Translations under genes and position numbers: made by a program
Shown here: positions 17,212 to 24,842 of the stretch, piece after piece
Numbering within the stretch: position 1 is the stretch's first letter
Layout of the letters: each line of letters opens with the position of its first letter
The notes under the pieces: model-generated
The model's database searches: none
What the model was told of the DNA's origin: nothing
What the model saw: only the letters and a program-made list of their open reading frames with translations
Origin: Candidatus Micrarchaeota archaeon
GTDB taxonomy: Archaea; Micrarchaeota; Micrarchaeia; Anstonellales; Bilamarchaeaceae
DNA: 64,000 nt
Assembly: GCA_040754495.1 (NCBI GenBank)
Contig: JBFMCO010000028.1
Span: 13,878 to 77,877, forward strand
Reading direction: 5' to 3'

Positions 17212-18255
17212 ATGCTTGAGCGAAAGAGGGTAGAGGACATACTATCCGGCTACAGGAAATTCAAGATTGCGACCATCTGCTCGCACTCCTCCCTCCAGAT
17301 ATTCAAGGGCGCAAGGGAGGAGGGGATAAAGACCATCGGCATCGTGCAGAAGGACAAGCGCAAGCTGTACGAGTCTTTTCCCCTTGGGCGGCCGGACGAA
17401 TTCATCGAGGTGGACAGCTACGGGGACATACCGTTCGATTACCTCGTGGACGAGGAAGCGATAGTCATCCCTCACGGCTCGTTCGTGGAATACGTGGGGC
17501 AGGCTTTCGACGACATGGAAGTCCCGGTCTACGGCAACCGCGCCAGCATCGCGTGGGAGCGGAGCCGCGAGAAGATGTTCCAGTGGATAAGGAAGGCCGG
17601 CATCAAGACGCCCCGGACGTTCAAGCCCGACGAGATAGACGGGCCGGTCATGGTGAAGTTTCCGGGCGCCAAGGGCGGCAGGGGCTATATCATCGTGCGG
17701 TCGGAGAAGGAGTTTCGGGAAAAGGTCGGCGCTGACCGCGAGTGCATGATACAGGAGTTCCTGATAGGGGTCCGCGCGTACCCTCATTACTTCTTCAGCC
17801 CGTTCAAGAACCGCGGCTACGAGACGAAGCAGGGGGAGCTCGAGCTTCTCGGCGTAGACAGGAGGGTGGAGAGCAGCGCAGACGAGATTGCGCGCGCGGT
17901 CTCGCTCGGGATGGAGCCGCACATGGCTTTCACGGTCATAGGAAACGAGCCCCTGGTCCTCCGCGAATCGCTCCTCTCCGAGTACATGGAGATAGGGCGG
18001 ATGATAAGCGAGACCTCCTTCGACCTCTTCGGGGGCCTGATAGGGCCCTTCTGTGTCGAGACCATAATAACCGAGGAGCTGGAGATATACGCCTTTGAAA
18101 TCAGCGCGCGCATCGTCGCCGGGACGAACGTATATCCGGAGGGCTCGCCGTATTCGGTCTATTATTACAAGGAGCCGATGAGCGCGGGCAGGCGCATCGC
18201 CAAGGAGCTGAAGAAAGCGGCAAGGGCGAAGAAGCTCAAGCAGATAGTATACTGA
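17212..18255 (+). CDS. purP: 5-formaminoimidazole-4-carboxamide ribonucleotide synthetase (ATP-grasp)
   Basis: CSHSSLQI, PHGSFVEY, VKFPGAKGGRGY, EISARIVAGTN, GRRIAKELK. Confidence 0.92.
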   Translation: MLERKRVEDILSGYRKFKIATICSHSSLQIFKGAREEGIKTIGIVQKDKRKLYESFPLGRPDEFIEVDSYGDIPFDYLVDEEAIVIPHGSFVEYVGQAFDDMEVPVYGNRASIAWERSREKMFQWIRKAGIKTPRTFKPDEIDGPVMVKFPGAKGGRGYIIVRSEKEFREKVGADRECMIQEFLIGVRAYPHYFFSPFKNRGYETKQGELELLGVDRRVESSADEIARAVSLGMEPHMAFTVIGNEPLVLRESLLSEYMEIGRMISETSFDLFGGLIGPFCVETIITEELEIYAFEISARIVAGTNVYPEGSPYSVYYYKEPMSAGRRIAKELKKAARAKKLKQIVY

Positions 18256-18959
18256 TGGTCAGGATGGCAAGGGACAGCAGACCGGTGCATATCGCGATAA
18301 TTCCTGACGGAAATCGCAGATGGGCCGAGAGGAAGGGCATAAGCAAGCGCGAGGGCTACGCCATAGGGATACGCAAGATAGGCGACGTCCTCAAGTGGTG
18401 CAAGGCCAGGAACGTCCGCATGCTCACCATGTGGGGCTTCTCCACCGACAACTTCAAGCGCGACAAGGAGGAGGTCGGCGAGCTTTTCGGCCTTTTCAAG
18501 GAGAACCTGGGGAAGGCGATAGAGAGCGACGACCGGAACAAAAAGGAGTTGCGGGTGCGCTTTTTCGGCCGGCTGCACCTGTTCCCGAAAGAGATGCAGG
18601 ACATGATAAGGAAGGCCGAAGAGGTGACCTCTTCCGGAGACCGCAAGTACCAGCTCAACCTCCTGCTTTCGTACGGCGGCCGCGAGGAGATTGTCGATGC
18701 GGTCAACAGGATAATCGCGGAAGGCATCCGGGAAGTGGACGAAGACGGGATAAGCAGCCATCTTTACACGAAAGGCGTCCCGGACCCGGACCTGATAATA
18801 AGGACGTCGGGCGAGCAGAGGCTCTCAGGCCTGATGCCGTGGCAGAGCTGTTACAGCGAATTCTATTTCTGCAAAAAGCTCTGGCCGGACTTCTCCAGAA
18901 GGGATTTCGACTCGGCCCTGAAGGAGTACGCAAGGAGAAGAAGGAGATACGGCAGGTGA
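18255..18959 (+). CDS. uppS: Undecaprenyl/polyprenyl diphosphate synthase (cis-prenyltransferase)
   Basis: HIAIIPDGNRRWA, FSTDNFKR, YGGREEI, DPDLIIRTSGEQRLSG. Confidence 0.95.
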   Translation: MVRMARDSRPVHIAIIPDGNRRWAERKGISKREGYAIGIRKIGDVLKWCKARNVRMLTMWGFSTDNFKRDKEEVGELFGLFKENLGKAIESDDRNKKELRVRFFGRLHLFPKEMQDMIRKAEEVTSSGDRKYQLNLLLSYGGREEIVDAVNRIIAEGIREVDEDGISSHLYTKGVPDPDLIIRTSGEQRLSGLMPWQSCYSEFYFCKKLWPDFSRRDFDSALKEYARRRRRYGR

Positions 18960-18966
18960 GAAAGGC

Positions 18967-19395
18967 TCACTTATGGAGCCCACTGTACCTGTCGCGGTAG
19001 CGGCGCATCATGTCGTCCACGCTGTTCGCCTGGTCGATTGCGAAGAGCACCTTCGATGCCATGAACAGGAGCACGACCGGCAGGAGGAGAAGGGCCCGCG
19101 CGGTCAGGCTGTCCTCCACCACCATGAGGGCGACGAAAAGGAACATCCCCAGGCCGACGATGAAGTGCATCTTCGATATCAGCGCAAGGAGGAAGCTGAA
19201 GGGGCCGTCCTTCTTTTTGTTGTCGGCATCTGAAAACTCGATATGACCTGAGGCGAGAGCCGCGAGCACCCCGGTCTCAGGATGCGCAGCCCTGTCGTCG
19301 AGAGCCGAGGAGAGGCACATTGCGGCGAGGATGACGAGAACGGGTGCCAGGTGCCATATATTAACCACTGGGGGCTCAGAAATGCTAGTGGTCAT
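18967..19395 (-). CDS. Hypothetical membrane protein
   Basis: ORF with three hydrophobic segments; fills the gap between uppS and the tRNA. Confidence 0.65.
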   Translation of the reverse strand: MTTSISEPPVVNIWHLAPVLVILAAMCLSSALDDRAAHPETGVLAALASGHIEFSDADNKKKDGPFSFLLALISKMHFIVGLGMFLFVALMVVEDSLTARALLLLPVVLLFMASKVLFAIDQANSVDDMMRRYRDRYSGLHK

Positions 19396-19525
19396 ATAAG
19401 TGTATAAATGACCGGCAAGAGTTTTTTAATTTCATGCTTACTTTTATGGGATGGAAGTTACTTTTTGGGAAGCCCTGCGGGTAATGGAATCGCTTATAAA
19501 AACTACCATCAAACAACCCTATCAT

Positions 19526-19743
19526 GCCGCAGTAGCTCAGTGGGAGAGCACACCCGGTTCTTTTAGGCATTGTTCTGCTGAAAGAATCTGTGAAGCTGAA
19601 GACTCTCAGTGAGTCGGAGGCCCTTTTCGGGCTGCCTTATCAAGGCAGAAACGGTGGGGTCGCTTGTTCAATGCGCTTTTTTAGTAAAAAAGCGCCCAAA
19701 AAACGGGCTTGCTAAAACGCGCGGACAAATCAGGCCTGCGGCA
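19526..19743 (+). tRNA. tRNA-Phe(GAA) with three introns: 30/31 (19555..19594), 37/38 (19602..19650), 58/59 (19672..19728)
   Basis: Joining exons 19526-54, 19595-601, 19651-71 and 19729-43 gives a 72-nt cloverleaf (GCCGCAG/CTGCGGC-A; CACCG/CGGTG; loop CTGAAGA; GCTTG/CAGGC). BHB helices: CACA/TGTG, CTG/CAG, GTTC/GGAC. Confidence 0.88.
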
Positions 19744-20023
19744 TTTCCTTCTTTTTCTTCTGAACCTCGATGGCGGGAGCTTCCCGGAGCTTCTTCTGGA
19801 CTTCCTTCATAGGGTAAATCCTGAGGCAAGGCTCGGCGTCATTCCAAATGATTATCACCGGCCCATTCGTCCAGCCGGACGCTTTTAGAGCGGCTCTTAG
19901 TTTCTTTGGAAGGGTTATCTGCCTCGCTCCACCGTCGATAAAAATACTCGCCGTGCTCGCGATTTCTCCACTCTCTCCAAATCCTTTAGGGCCGAAAAAC
20001 CTATCAGTTCCAACCATGCACAT
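19730..20023 (-). CDS. AbrB/SpoVT-like DNA-binding protein, C-terminally truncated by attL
   Basis: TASIFIDGGARQITLPKKLRAAL...VIIIW...LRIYP looped-hinge-helix pattern; the stop falls at the outer edge of the att core. Confidence 0.75.
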   Translation of the reverse strand: MCMVGTDRFFGPKGFGESGEIASTASIFIDGGARQITLPKKLRAALKASGWTNGPVIIIWNDAEPCLRIYPMKEVQKKLREAPAIEVQKKKKEMPQA

Positions 20024-20104
20024 GCACGTTAATGGTTGTTTATTTAAACCTTTTCATCTCGACACATGCAAAGGGTTTTAAATGTTATTAATGTTTGCAA
20101 ATGC

Positions 20105-20266
20105 ATGAAAACGCAAACAAATATCTCAGCTATACGCCTCCATCGCCCGACGGTCGAGCGGCTCCGAAAGTTCAAGCCATACCCTGAAATGAGCGATGAT
20201 AAGCTCCTCAACATTCTCATTGACAAGCTGGAGGCCGCCGAGCCCAAACCGGAGGCATCATCGTGA
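20105..20266 (+). CDS. Ribbon-helix-helix-like small DNA-binding protein
   Basis: SAIRLHRPTVERLRKFKPYPEMSDDKLLNILIDK: beta-strand plus two helices, typical of archaeal MGE regulators; divergent from the AbrB gene across an AT-rich spacer. Confidence 0.7.
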   Translation: MKTQTNISAIRLHRPTVERLRKFKPYPEMSDDKLLNILIDKLEAAEPKPEASS

Positions 20267-20457
20267 AGCACGGAGCTATCCTATGCGCCACAGTGGGCTA
20301 TTTTTCAGACGATATCACGGCAGAATGTTTCAAGCTCATGACCCGCCAGCTCGCAAAAGCAGCGGAGGAAGTCGAGGAGGACGACGCCGCCGAGGATGAG
20401 GACGTTTGCCCGGTCTGCGGCTGCGAGCCCTGCGATTGCGAGGATGAGGATGGATGA
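20263..20457 (+). CDS. Small acidic Cys-rich protein
   Basis: GTGA overlap with the RHH gene; EDVCPVCGCEPCDCEDEDG tail. Confidence 0.65.
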   Translation: MKHGAILCATVGYFSDDITAECFKLMTRQLAKAAEEVEEDDAAEDEDVCPVCGCEPCDCEDEDG

Positions 20458-20663
20458 AACGCGCCCTCCTGCTTCTTGGAATCGCGGCCTTCCTCATAAT
20501 CGCATCGGTAACGGCACGGCGCGAGCCTGAAACCGTCCAGGGCTACCGGACAGAGGAGCATCTCACACGGGCCTATTCCACCATCAACCATACCGGGCCC
20601 AACCGGACGGCCCGATGCCGCCTCTTCATAGACGGCTCGATGAGCTGTGGGGCGAGGCCTTGA
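20454..20663 (+). CDS. Small protein with N-terminal TM/signal helix
   Basis: ATGA overlap; MKRALLLLGIAAFLIIASVTA. Confidence 0.6.
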   Translation: MKRALLLLGIAAFLIIASVTARREPETVQGYRTEEHLTRAYSTINHTGPNRTARCRLFIDGSMSCGARP

Positions 20664-20814
20664 ACGCGCATGGGAGGCCGAAAGGCCGGGGGGCTGGCGG
20701 CGCACTGGTCGCCATAATCGCCTCTGCCAGCCCCTTTCCCGGTCCTCAAGCAGGACATAGTGGAGATGGGGCGGCGGACCTTCGGGCAACCGCTGCCCTT
20801 CTCTTTCTGACGTG

Positions 20815-20985
20815 ATGCTGATGCCGCCCGCCCGTTCCTATCCTCTCCGCCGCTGCCTTCGATGCTACCACGAAACCCGCGAGGAGGACGACCACTGCCG
20901 CCGCTGCGGCGGCCGGATGCAGTTTCTCTTTCAAGACCGCTTATCAGGAGGTCCTACCCATGTCCCCGCCCCAAAATTCCAATAA
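20815..20985 (+). CDS. 56-aa zinc-ribbon microprotein (not in ORF track)
   Basis: Hand translation MLMPPARSYPLRRCLRCYHETREEDDHCRRCGGRMQFLFQD...*; CxxC-x10-CxxC. Confidence 0.65.
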   Translation: MLMPPARSYPLRRCLRCYHETREEDDHCRRCGGRMQFLFQDRLSGGPTHVPAPKFQ

Positions 20986-21799
20986 GAATAAAGCCTCAAA
21001 AAAAGAGGAGTTTCTCGCTGGTAGCGAGCCGACCAGCGAGCCGCACGTCGAAAAACCAGCGAGCGCCCAAAAATCGCCCTCCGACGATGATTCCAAAAGG
21101 AATCTCGCTGGTTTCTCGCTACCCAGCGAGCCCAACGTCGGAGAATCAATACCAGTGTCCGCACACCGGTTGCAGTGGAAATTCTCGCTCCGTTCACACC
21201 GCCCGCAGCGCCCGCCTTTCCGCACCGTGAAGATGCGGAACTGGGAGCAGCGCATATGGACGCATGAGGGCGCGACCTTCGTAAGCGGTCCGAATACGCT
21301 CCAACTCTTCCTGGAGCTCGGAAAGCGCCGCTCGACCGCCTCGACCTTGCATGCGGGCGAGCTCGGAAACCGCGCCTGGGACACGGACCGGAGCATTTTC
21401 GACAGCTTCTTAAGCTGCCAGTGGGGGGCCCGCTCAATTCGAGCGCCGAAATCCCCCAGGAACGCCGAAAATTCATGGTCCGTCATCTGCCCACCCGTCC
21501 TTATACTGGTGGGCTATGGCGTTATGAAATGTATTATTTTGCCGGGCCCTCACCCTTCGGCTCGAAGTCCCCGCAGCGGCAGAGCGAACAGCTCCCCCCG
21601 GCGTCGTGGTCTCGCATCTCGTGGCCGCACGTGCATGTCATGCCAGGACCTCCAGCTCCTCCGGCTCGTCGTACAGGGGCCGGATGACGAGCTCCGGTTC
21701 ATTACAGGCCTGCGGCAATTTTTTCCTACTGATTTCCGCTCCGGAATTGCGTTCCTCTGTGAAAAAAGTTACACTAATAAAGGCATACCCACAAAATGA
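20960..21799 (+). CDS. Largest ORF of the element, function unknown (possible replication-initiator remnant); real coding part probably ends near 21530
   Basis: AGGAGGT SD 7 nt before the ATG, high GC3, co-oriented with the upstream operon; the 3' part is antisense to more plausible minus-strand genes. Confidence 0.5.
   Translation: MSPPQNSNKNKASKKEEFLAGSEPTSEPHVEKPASAQKSPSDDDSKRNLAGFSLPSEPNVGESIPVSAHRLQWKFSLRSHRPQRPPFRTVKMRNWEQRIWTHEGATFVSGPNTLQLFLELGKRRSTASTLHAGELGNRAWDTDRSIFDSFLSCQWGARSIRAPKSPRNAENSWSVICPPVLILVGYGVMKCIILPGPHPSARSPRSGRANSSPRRRGLASRGRTCMSCQDLQLLRLVVQGPDDELRFITGLRQFFPTDFRSGIAFLCEKSYTNKGIPTK
21534..21641 (-). CDS. 35-aa Cys/His zinc-binding microprotein (not in ORF track)
   Basis: MTCTCGHEMRDHDAGGSCSLCRCGDFEPKGEGPAK*; ATGA overlap with the orphan C-terminal fragment ending at 21638. 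Confidence 0.65.
   Translation of the reverse strand: MTCTCGHEMRDHDAGGSCSLCRCGDFEPKGEGPAK
21638..21717 (-). other. Start-less C-terminal fragment of the AbrB-like gene (PQACNEPELVIRPLYDEPEELEVLA*), separated by integration
   Basis: Same reading frame across the att core as the 19730..20023 ORF (CCG CAG GCC TG). Confidence 0.7.
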
Positions 21800-21805
21800 T
21801 GCCTT

Positions 21806-22807
21806 ATGAAACTAGTTATACCAAAGGGCTACACGCCCGCTCTGGACGTGAGGAGAACCGAGGAGGCGATTCCGAGGATAAAATCCTTCTTCGAGAGGAG
21901 CCTTGCGGAGAACCTCAGGCTCGAGAGGGCCTCGGCGCCCCTGTTTGTCAGGAGAGGGACGGGCATAAACGACGACCTGAACGGCGTTGAGAGGAAGGTT
22001 TCGTTCGACATCATGGACGGCGCCATCGATGTCGAGGTGGTGAACTCGCTCGCGAAATGGAAGCGGATGGCTCTCGCCCGCTACGGCTATGGCCAAGGCG
22101 AGGGCATCTGGACCGACATGAACGCCATCCGCCGCGACGAGGAGCTGGACAACCTCCACTCGGTGTACGTGGACCAGTGGGACTGGGAGAGGGTCATAAG
22201 CAGGGCGGAGAGGACGGTGGAGTTCCTCATGGCCGTGGTGGACCGCATCTACGATGCCATGAAGAGGACGGAAATGATGATATTCGACAGGTACGGCGTC
22301 GAGCCGGCATTGCCGGAACGCATGGAATACGTCACAACGCACCAGCTCGAGGAGGCGCATCCGAACCTGTCAAGGAAGGAGAGGGAGGTCGTCGCGGCGA
22401 GGGGGGCCGGGGCCCTGTTCCTCATGAAGATAGGGGGCAGGCTCAAAGACGGCAAGCCGCACGACGGCCGCGCCCCGGATTACGACGACTGGGAGCTGAA
22501 CGGGGACATAATAGTCTGGAATCCAGTGCTCCAGTCCGCCTTCGAGCTCTCCTCCATGGGGATACGCGTGGACAAGGACGCGCTCCTGCGCCAGCTCCGC
22601 GAGGCCAACGCAATGGACCGCCTCGGACTGGAGTTCCACAGGATGCTCATGGATGGCGAGCTTCCGCTTTCGGTCGGCGGCGGGATAGGGCAGTCGAGGA
22701 TGTGCATGTTCCTGCTCAGGAAGGCCCATATAGGCGAGGTGCAGGCCAGCGTCTGGCCCCCGGACATGATTTCCGAGCTGGAACGGCACGGCGTCAGGCT
22801 GCTCTAG
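21806..22807 (+). CDS. asnA: Aspartate-ammonia ligase (asparagine synthetase A)
   Basis: GINDDLNGVER, VVNSLAKWKR, HSVYVDQWDWE, HDGRAPDYDDW, GGGIGQSR. Confidence 0.95.
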   Translation: MKLVIPKGYTPALDVRRTEEAIPRIKSFFERSLAENLRLERASAPLFVRRGTGINDDLNGVERKVSFDIMDGAIDVEVVNSLAKWKRMALARYGYGQGEGIWTDMNAIRRDEELDNLHSVYVDQWDWERVISRAERTVEFLMAVVDRIYDAMKRTEMMIFDRYGVEPALPERMEYVTTHQLEEAHPNLSRKEREVVAARGAGALFLMKIGGRLKDGKPHDGRAPDYDDWELNGDIIVWNPVLQSAFELSSMGIRVDKDALLRQLREANAMDRLGLEFHRMLMDGELPLSVGGGIGQSRMCMFLLRKAHIGEVQASVWPPDMISELERHGVRLL

Positions 22808-22933
22808 CAGGCGGGGAAGGATTAAATACGCTTCTGCCTAGAAGCTATAACACAGAAACAAACCGGCCAGTCTTACTGATAGGGAGCTAAGGTCGGCAAA
22901 AAATTTTCCGCTCAGCTTGAAGAAGGTGATGGA

Positions 22934-23170
22934 TTGAAACTCGACCAGATGGTGCTCTGCTGCTGGCACAAGCCCAGGGAGGCGATAGTGGTGCTGAAGA
23001 CAGGCGCAGCCATTCCCAGGGAAGTGCTTGACCGCATCCCCGCCAGCAGGGAGAAATCCCTCATGATGGAATCCGGCGGGATGTGCGACCCGTGCGCTGC
23101 AGGATTTGTGGCAGGACTCAAAGGAAGGAAGCCGGCCGAAGAAGGGATAATGAAGGGCGGGCAGGGCTAG
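22934..23170 (+). CDS. Small hypothetical protein, possible Zn ligand set (CCWH...CDPC)
   Basis: AGGTGAT SD before TTG; convergent with the next gene. Confidence 0.55.
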   Translation: MKLDQMVLCCWHKPREAIVVLKTGAAIPREVLDRIPASREKSLMMESGGMCDPCAAGFVAGLKGRKPAEEGIMKGGQG

Positions 23171-23718
23171 AGCGAGCGGATTATCTCCATCAGCCTCTCA
23201 TACTTCGTGAAGCCGGCGCCCTCGTTTATGTGGCCCGCGCCGGGCTCGGTTATGAGTTTTGCGTTCAGGAGCTTTGCCATCCTCTGTCCCTCTGAAAGCT
23301 CTATGTAAGGGTCGTTGTCCGAGCTTATCACGATGAATTTGTCCGCCTTTTCCCGTATCCTCTTCCAGTCGAAATCCCTGTCGACGAAATTTCTTATCTC
23401 ACGTATGCCCAGGTCCTTGGCGAAGCCCGCGACCATTATTACCGCCTTTGCCTTCTCGCCCGGCCCGAAGCTCTCGAGCAACCGGAGGATGGCCGGGCCG
23501 CCGAGGCTGTGGCTTATCAGCACCCATCCGTCTTCAGGGCGGAACTCCGGGACAATGCTCCGCGCCGTGGCGAGCCAGGCTTCGAGTTTAGGGTTCTGGG
23601 TTTCGGGAAAGTCAGGACTCAGAACCTCATAACCCAAAACCCGCAGCTCGTCCTGCAGCCAGCCGCTCCAGCAGCTTCGCCCATCGCCGCCCCAGCAGTG
23701 GAAGAGGAAGAACTTCAT
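23167..23718 (-). CDS. RBBP9/YdeN family alpha/beta hydrolase
   Basis: HCWGG, ISHSLGG nucleophile elbow, SDNDPYI, GAGHIN. Confidence 0.9.
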   Translation of the reverse strand: MKFFLFHCWGGDGRSCWSGWLQDELRVLGYEVLSPDFPETQNPKLEAWLATARSIVPEFRPEDGWVLISHSLGGPAILRLLESFGPGEKAKAVIMVAGFAKDLGIREIRNFVDRDFDWKRIREKADKFIVISSDNDPYIELSEGQRMAKLLNAKLITEPGAGHINEGAGFTKYERLMEIIRSL

Positions 23719-23723
23719 CCCAA

Positions 23724-24074
23724 TCACAACAGCTTCAGCTTCCCGAAAACCGCGTCCAGCTCAGACTCGTCCCACGGCCCGGCCGCGAAGCACGTGATGG
23801 TGCCCGGCTCGAGCTGGGTGTGCCCGGCGTCCCGTATCAGCTCGCACGGGATGCCTGCCGCCTTCCCCTTGTTGTAGAATTCGAGCAGCTCCTCCTCGCT
23901 CTGGACCTTGAGGACGACTTTCATCTGGCCTTCCATCTCCCAGGCGCGGGTGATTTCAGGATTGGATTTGGCGACGCGCTTGTAGGCGGAAAGCGACGCG
24001 TGACTGGACTGGGCGGCGAGCTTCCCCTTCCCCATGCCCAAATCCGCGCGCACCACAATAGTCTGCTTGAACAT
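23724..24074 (-). CDS. pth2: Peptidyl-tRNA hydrolase Pth2
   Basis: KQTIVVRADLGMGKGKLAAQSSHA, KVVLKV, IRDAGHTQLEPGT. Confidence 0.95.
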   Translation of the reverse strand: MFKQTIVVRADLGMGKGKLAAQSSHASLSAYKRVAKSNPEITRAWEMEGQMKVVLKVQSEEELLEFYNKGKAAGIPCELIRDAGHTQLEPGTITCFAAGPWDESELDAVFGKLKLL

Positions 24075-24114
24075 CGCAATCAGATGGCAGGGAAAACTTA
24101 AAATGAGCAGGCTT

Positions 24115-24783
24115 TCAGCCGGCGCTCCTCGCTTCGGCGGATGAGGCTGCGGGAGCGGCAGCAGGCGGCTTCGACGTCCTCGCTTTCGATAGGTCCACGA
24201 GATTGTCCGGGACGTCCTCGTGGATGCCGGCCGGCCTCAGCATGTGTGCAAGGCGGAGGAGGCCCTCCGCACTCTGCGGGGCGCGCATGAGGTCGGCGGA
24301 CGAGTACCTGCCTTCGCTGATTATGTAGGTCCTTATCGTCGCCGGCTCGTACCAGATAACCGGCTCGCCGTTCGAGTCGAACCGGCATCTGGCCTCGTAC
24401 CGCTCGAACTCCGGGACGCCAGTGACAGGAACGCTTCTCAGCGTAAGGTCGAAGCCCATCCCGGCCACTCTGTGGTGCAGGTCCTCGTCTATCGTCCTGT
24501 CCGTGGTCAGGAACTCGAGCCTTGCCGCCACCTTGAGCCCCCCGTGGAACTCGTCGACGACCTCGATTGTCGCCCCGAAGAGCTCCCTGAGCTTGCTCCG
24601 CGCGTCCGTGAAGCGTGCGTAGCTGTCGAAGAAATTCCTGCGGAAGAGCGATGAGAATACGGAGCGCACCTCGTCATCAGGAAGAACCCGGATTCCTTCC
24701 GGCAGGGGCTCGGCTTTCTTGAAGCTGCTGCCGTCGCCGGAAAGGCGTACGCCTGCCCTTTGCGCTGGAAGGTTCCGCATCAT
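24115..24783 (-). CDS. Hypothetical protein (ORFan)
   Basis: ORF with host-like codon bias; no motif recognised; start approximate. Confidence 0.65.
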   Translation of the reverse strand: MMRNLPAQRAGVRLSGDGSSFKKAEPLPEGIRVLPDDEVRSVFSSLFRRNFFDSYARFTDARSKLRELFGATIEVVDEFHGGLKVAARLEFLTTDRTIDEDLHHRVAGMGFDLTLRSVPVTGVPEFERYEARCRFDSNGEPVIWYEPATIRTYIISEGRYSSADLMRAPQSAEGLLRLAHMLRPAGIHEDVPDNLVDLSKARTSKPPAAAPAASSAEARSAG

Positions 24784-24842
24784 GGTCACCTGTGTATTTC
24801 CGCACAAAGAAGACTTATAAAGGTCTGTCACAAAAACAGAGC

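Larger units (their letters stand above)
19731..21717. mobile_element. 1,974-bp tRNA-Phe-integrated mini-element (attL 19731..19743, attR 21705..21717); no integrase
   Basis: 13-bp direct repeat CAGGCCTGCGGCA equals the tRNA 3' end; T6 terminator-like tract after attR; cargo of small virus/plasmid-type ORFs (AbrB, RHH, Zn fingers). Confidence 0.85.

Noticed and set aside
20944-21486. Minus-strand ORF with CxxC-x7-CxxC in the mini-element
   Set aside because: Shares third codon positions with the plus ORF, which has a perfect SD and fits the operon direction; disfavoured but not excluded
19744-21704. Integrase or transposase within the element
   Set aside because: No R...HxxR...Y tyrosine-recombinase, serine-recombinase or DDE motif in any frame examined
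23583-23645. Heptamer-like periodicity inside the YdeN hydrolase gene
   Set aside because: Encodes the normal family segment (GYEV..PDFP.T.NP.L..W) with no length increase; may be coincidence
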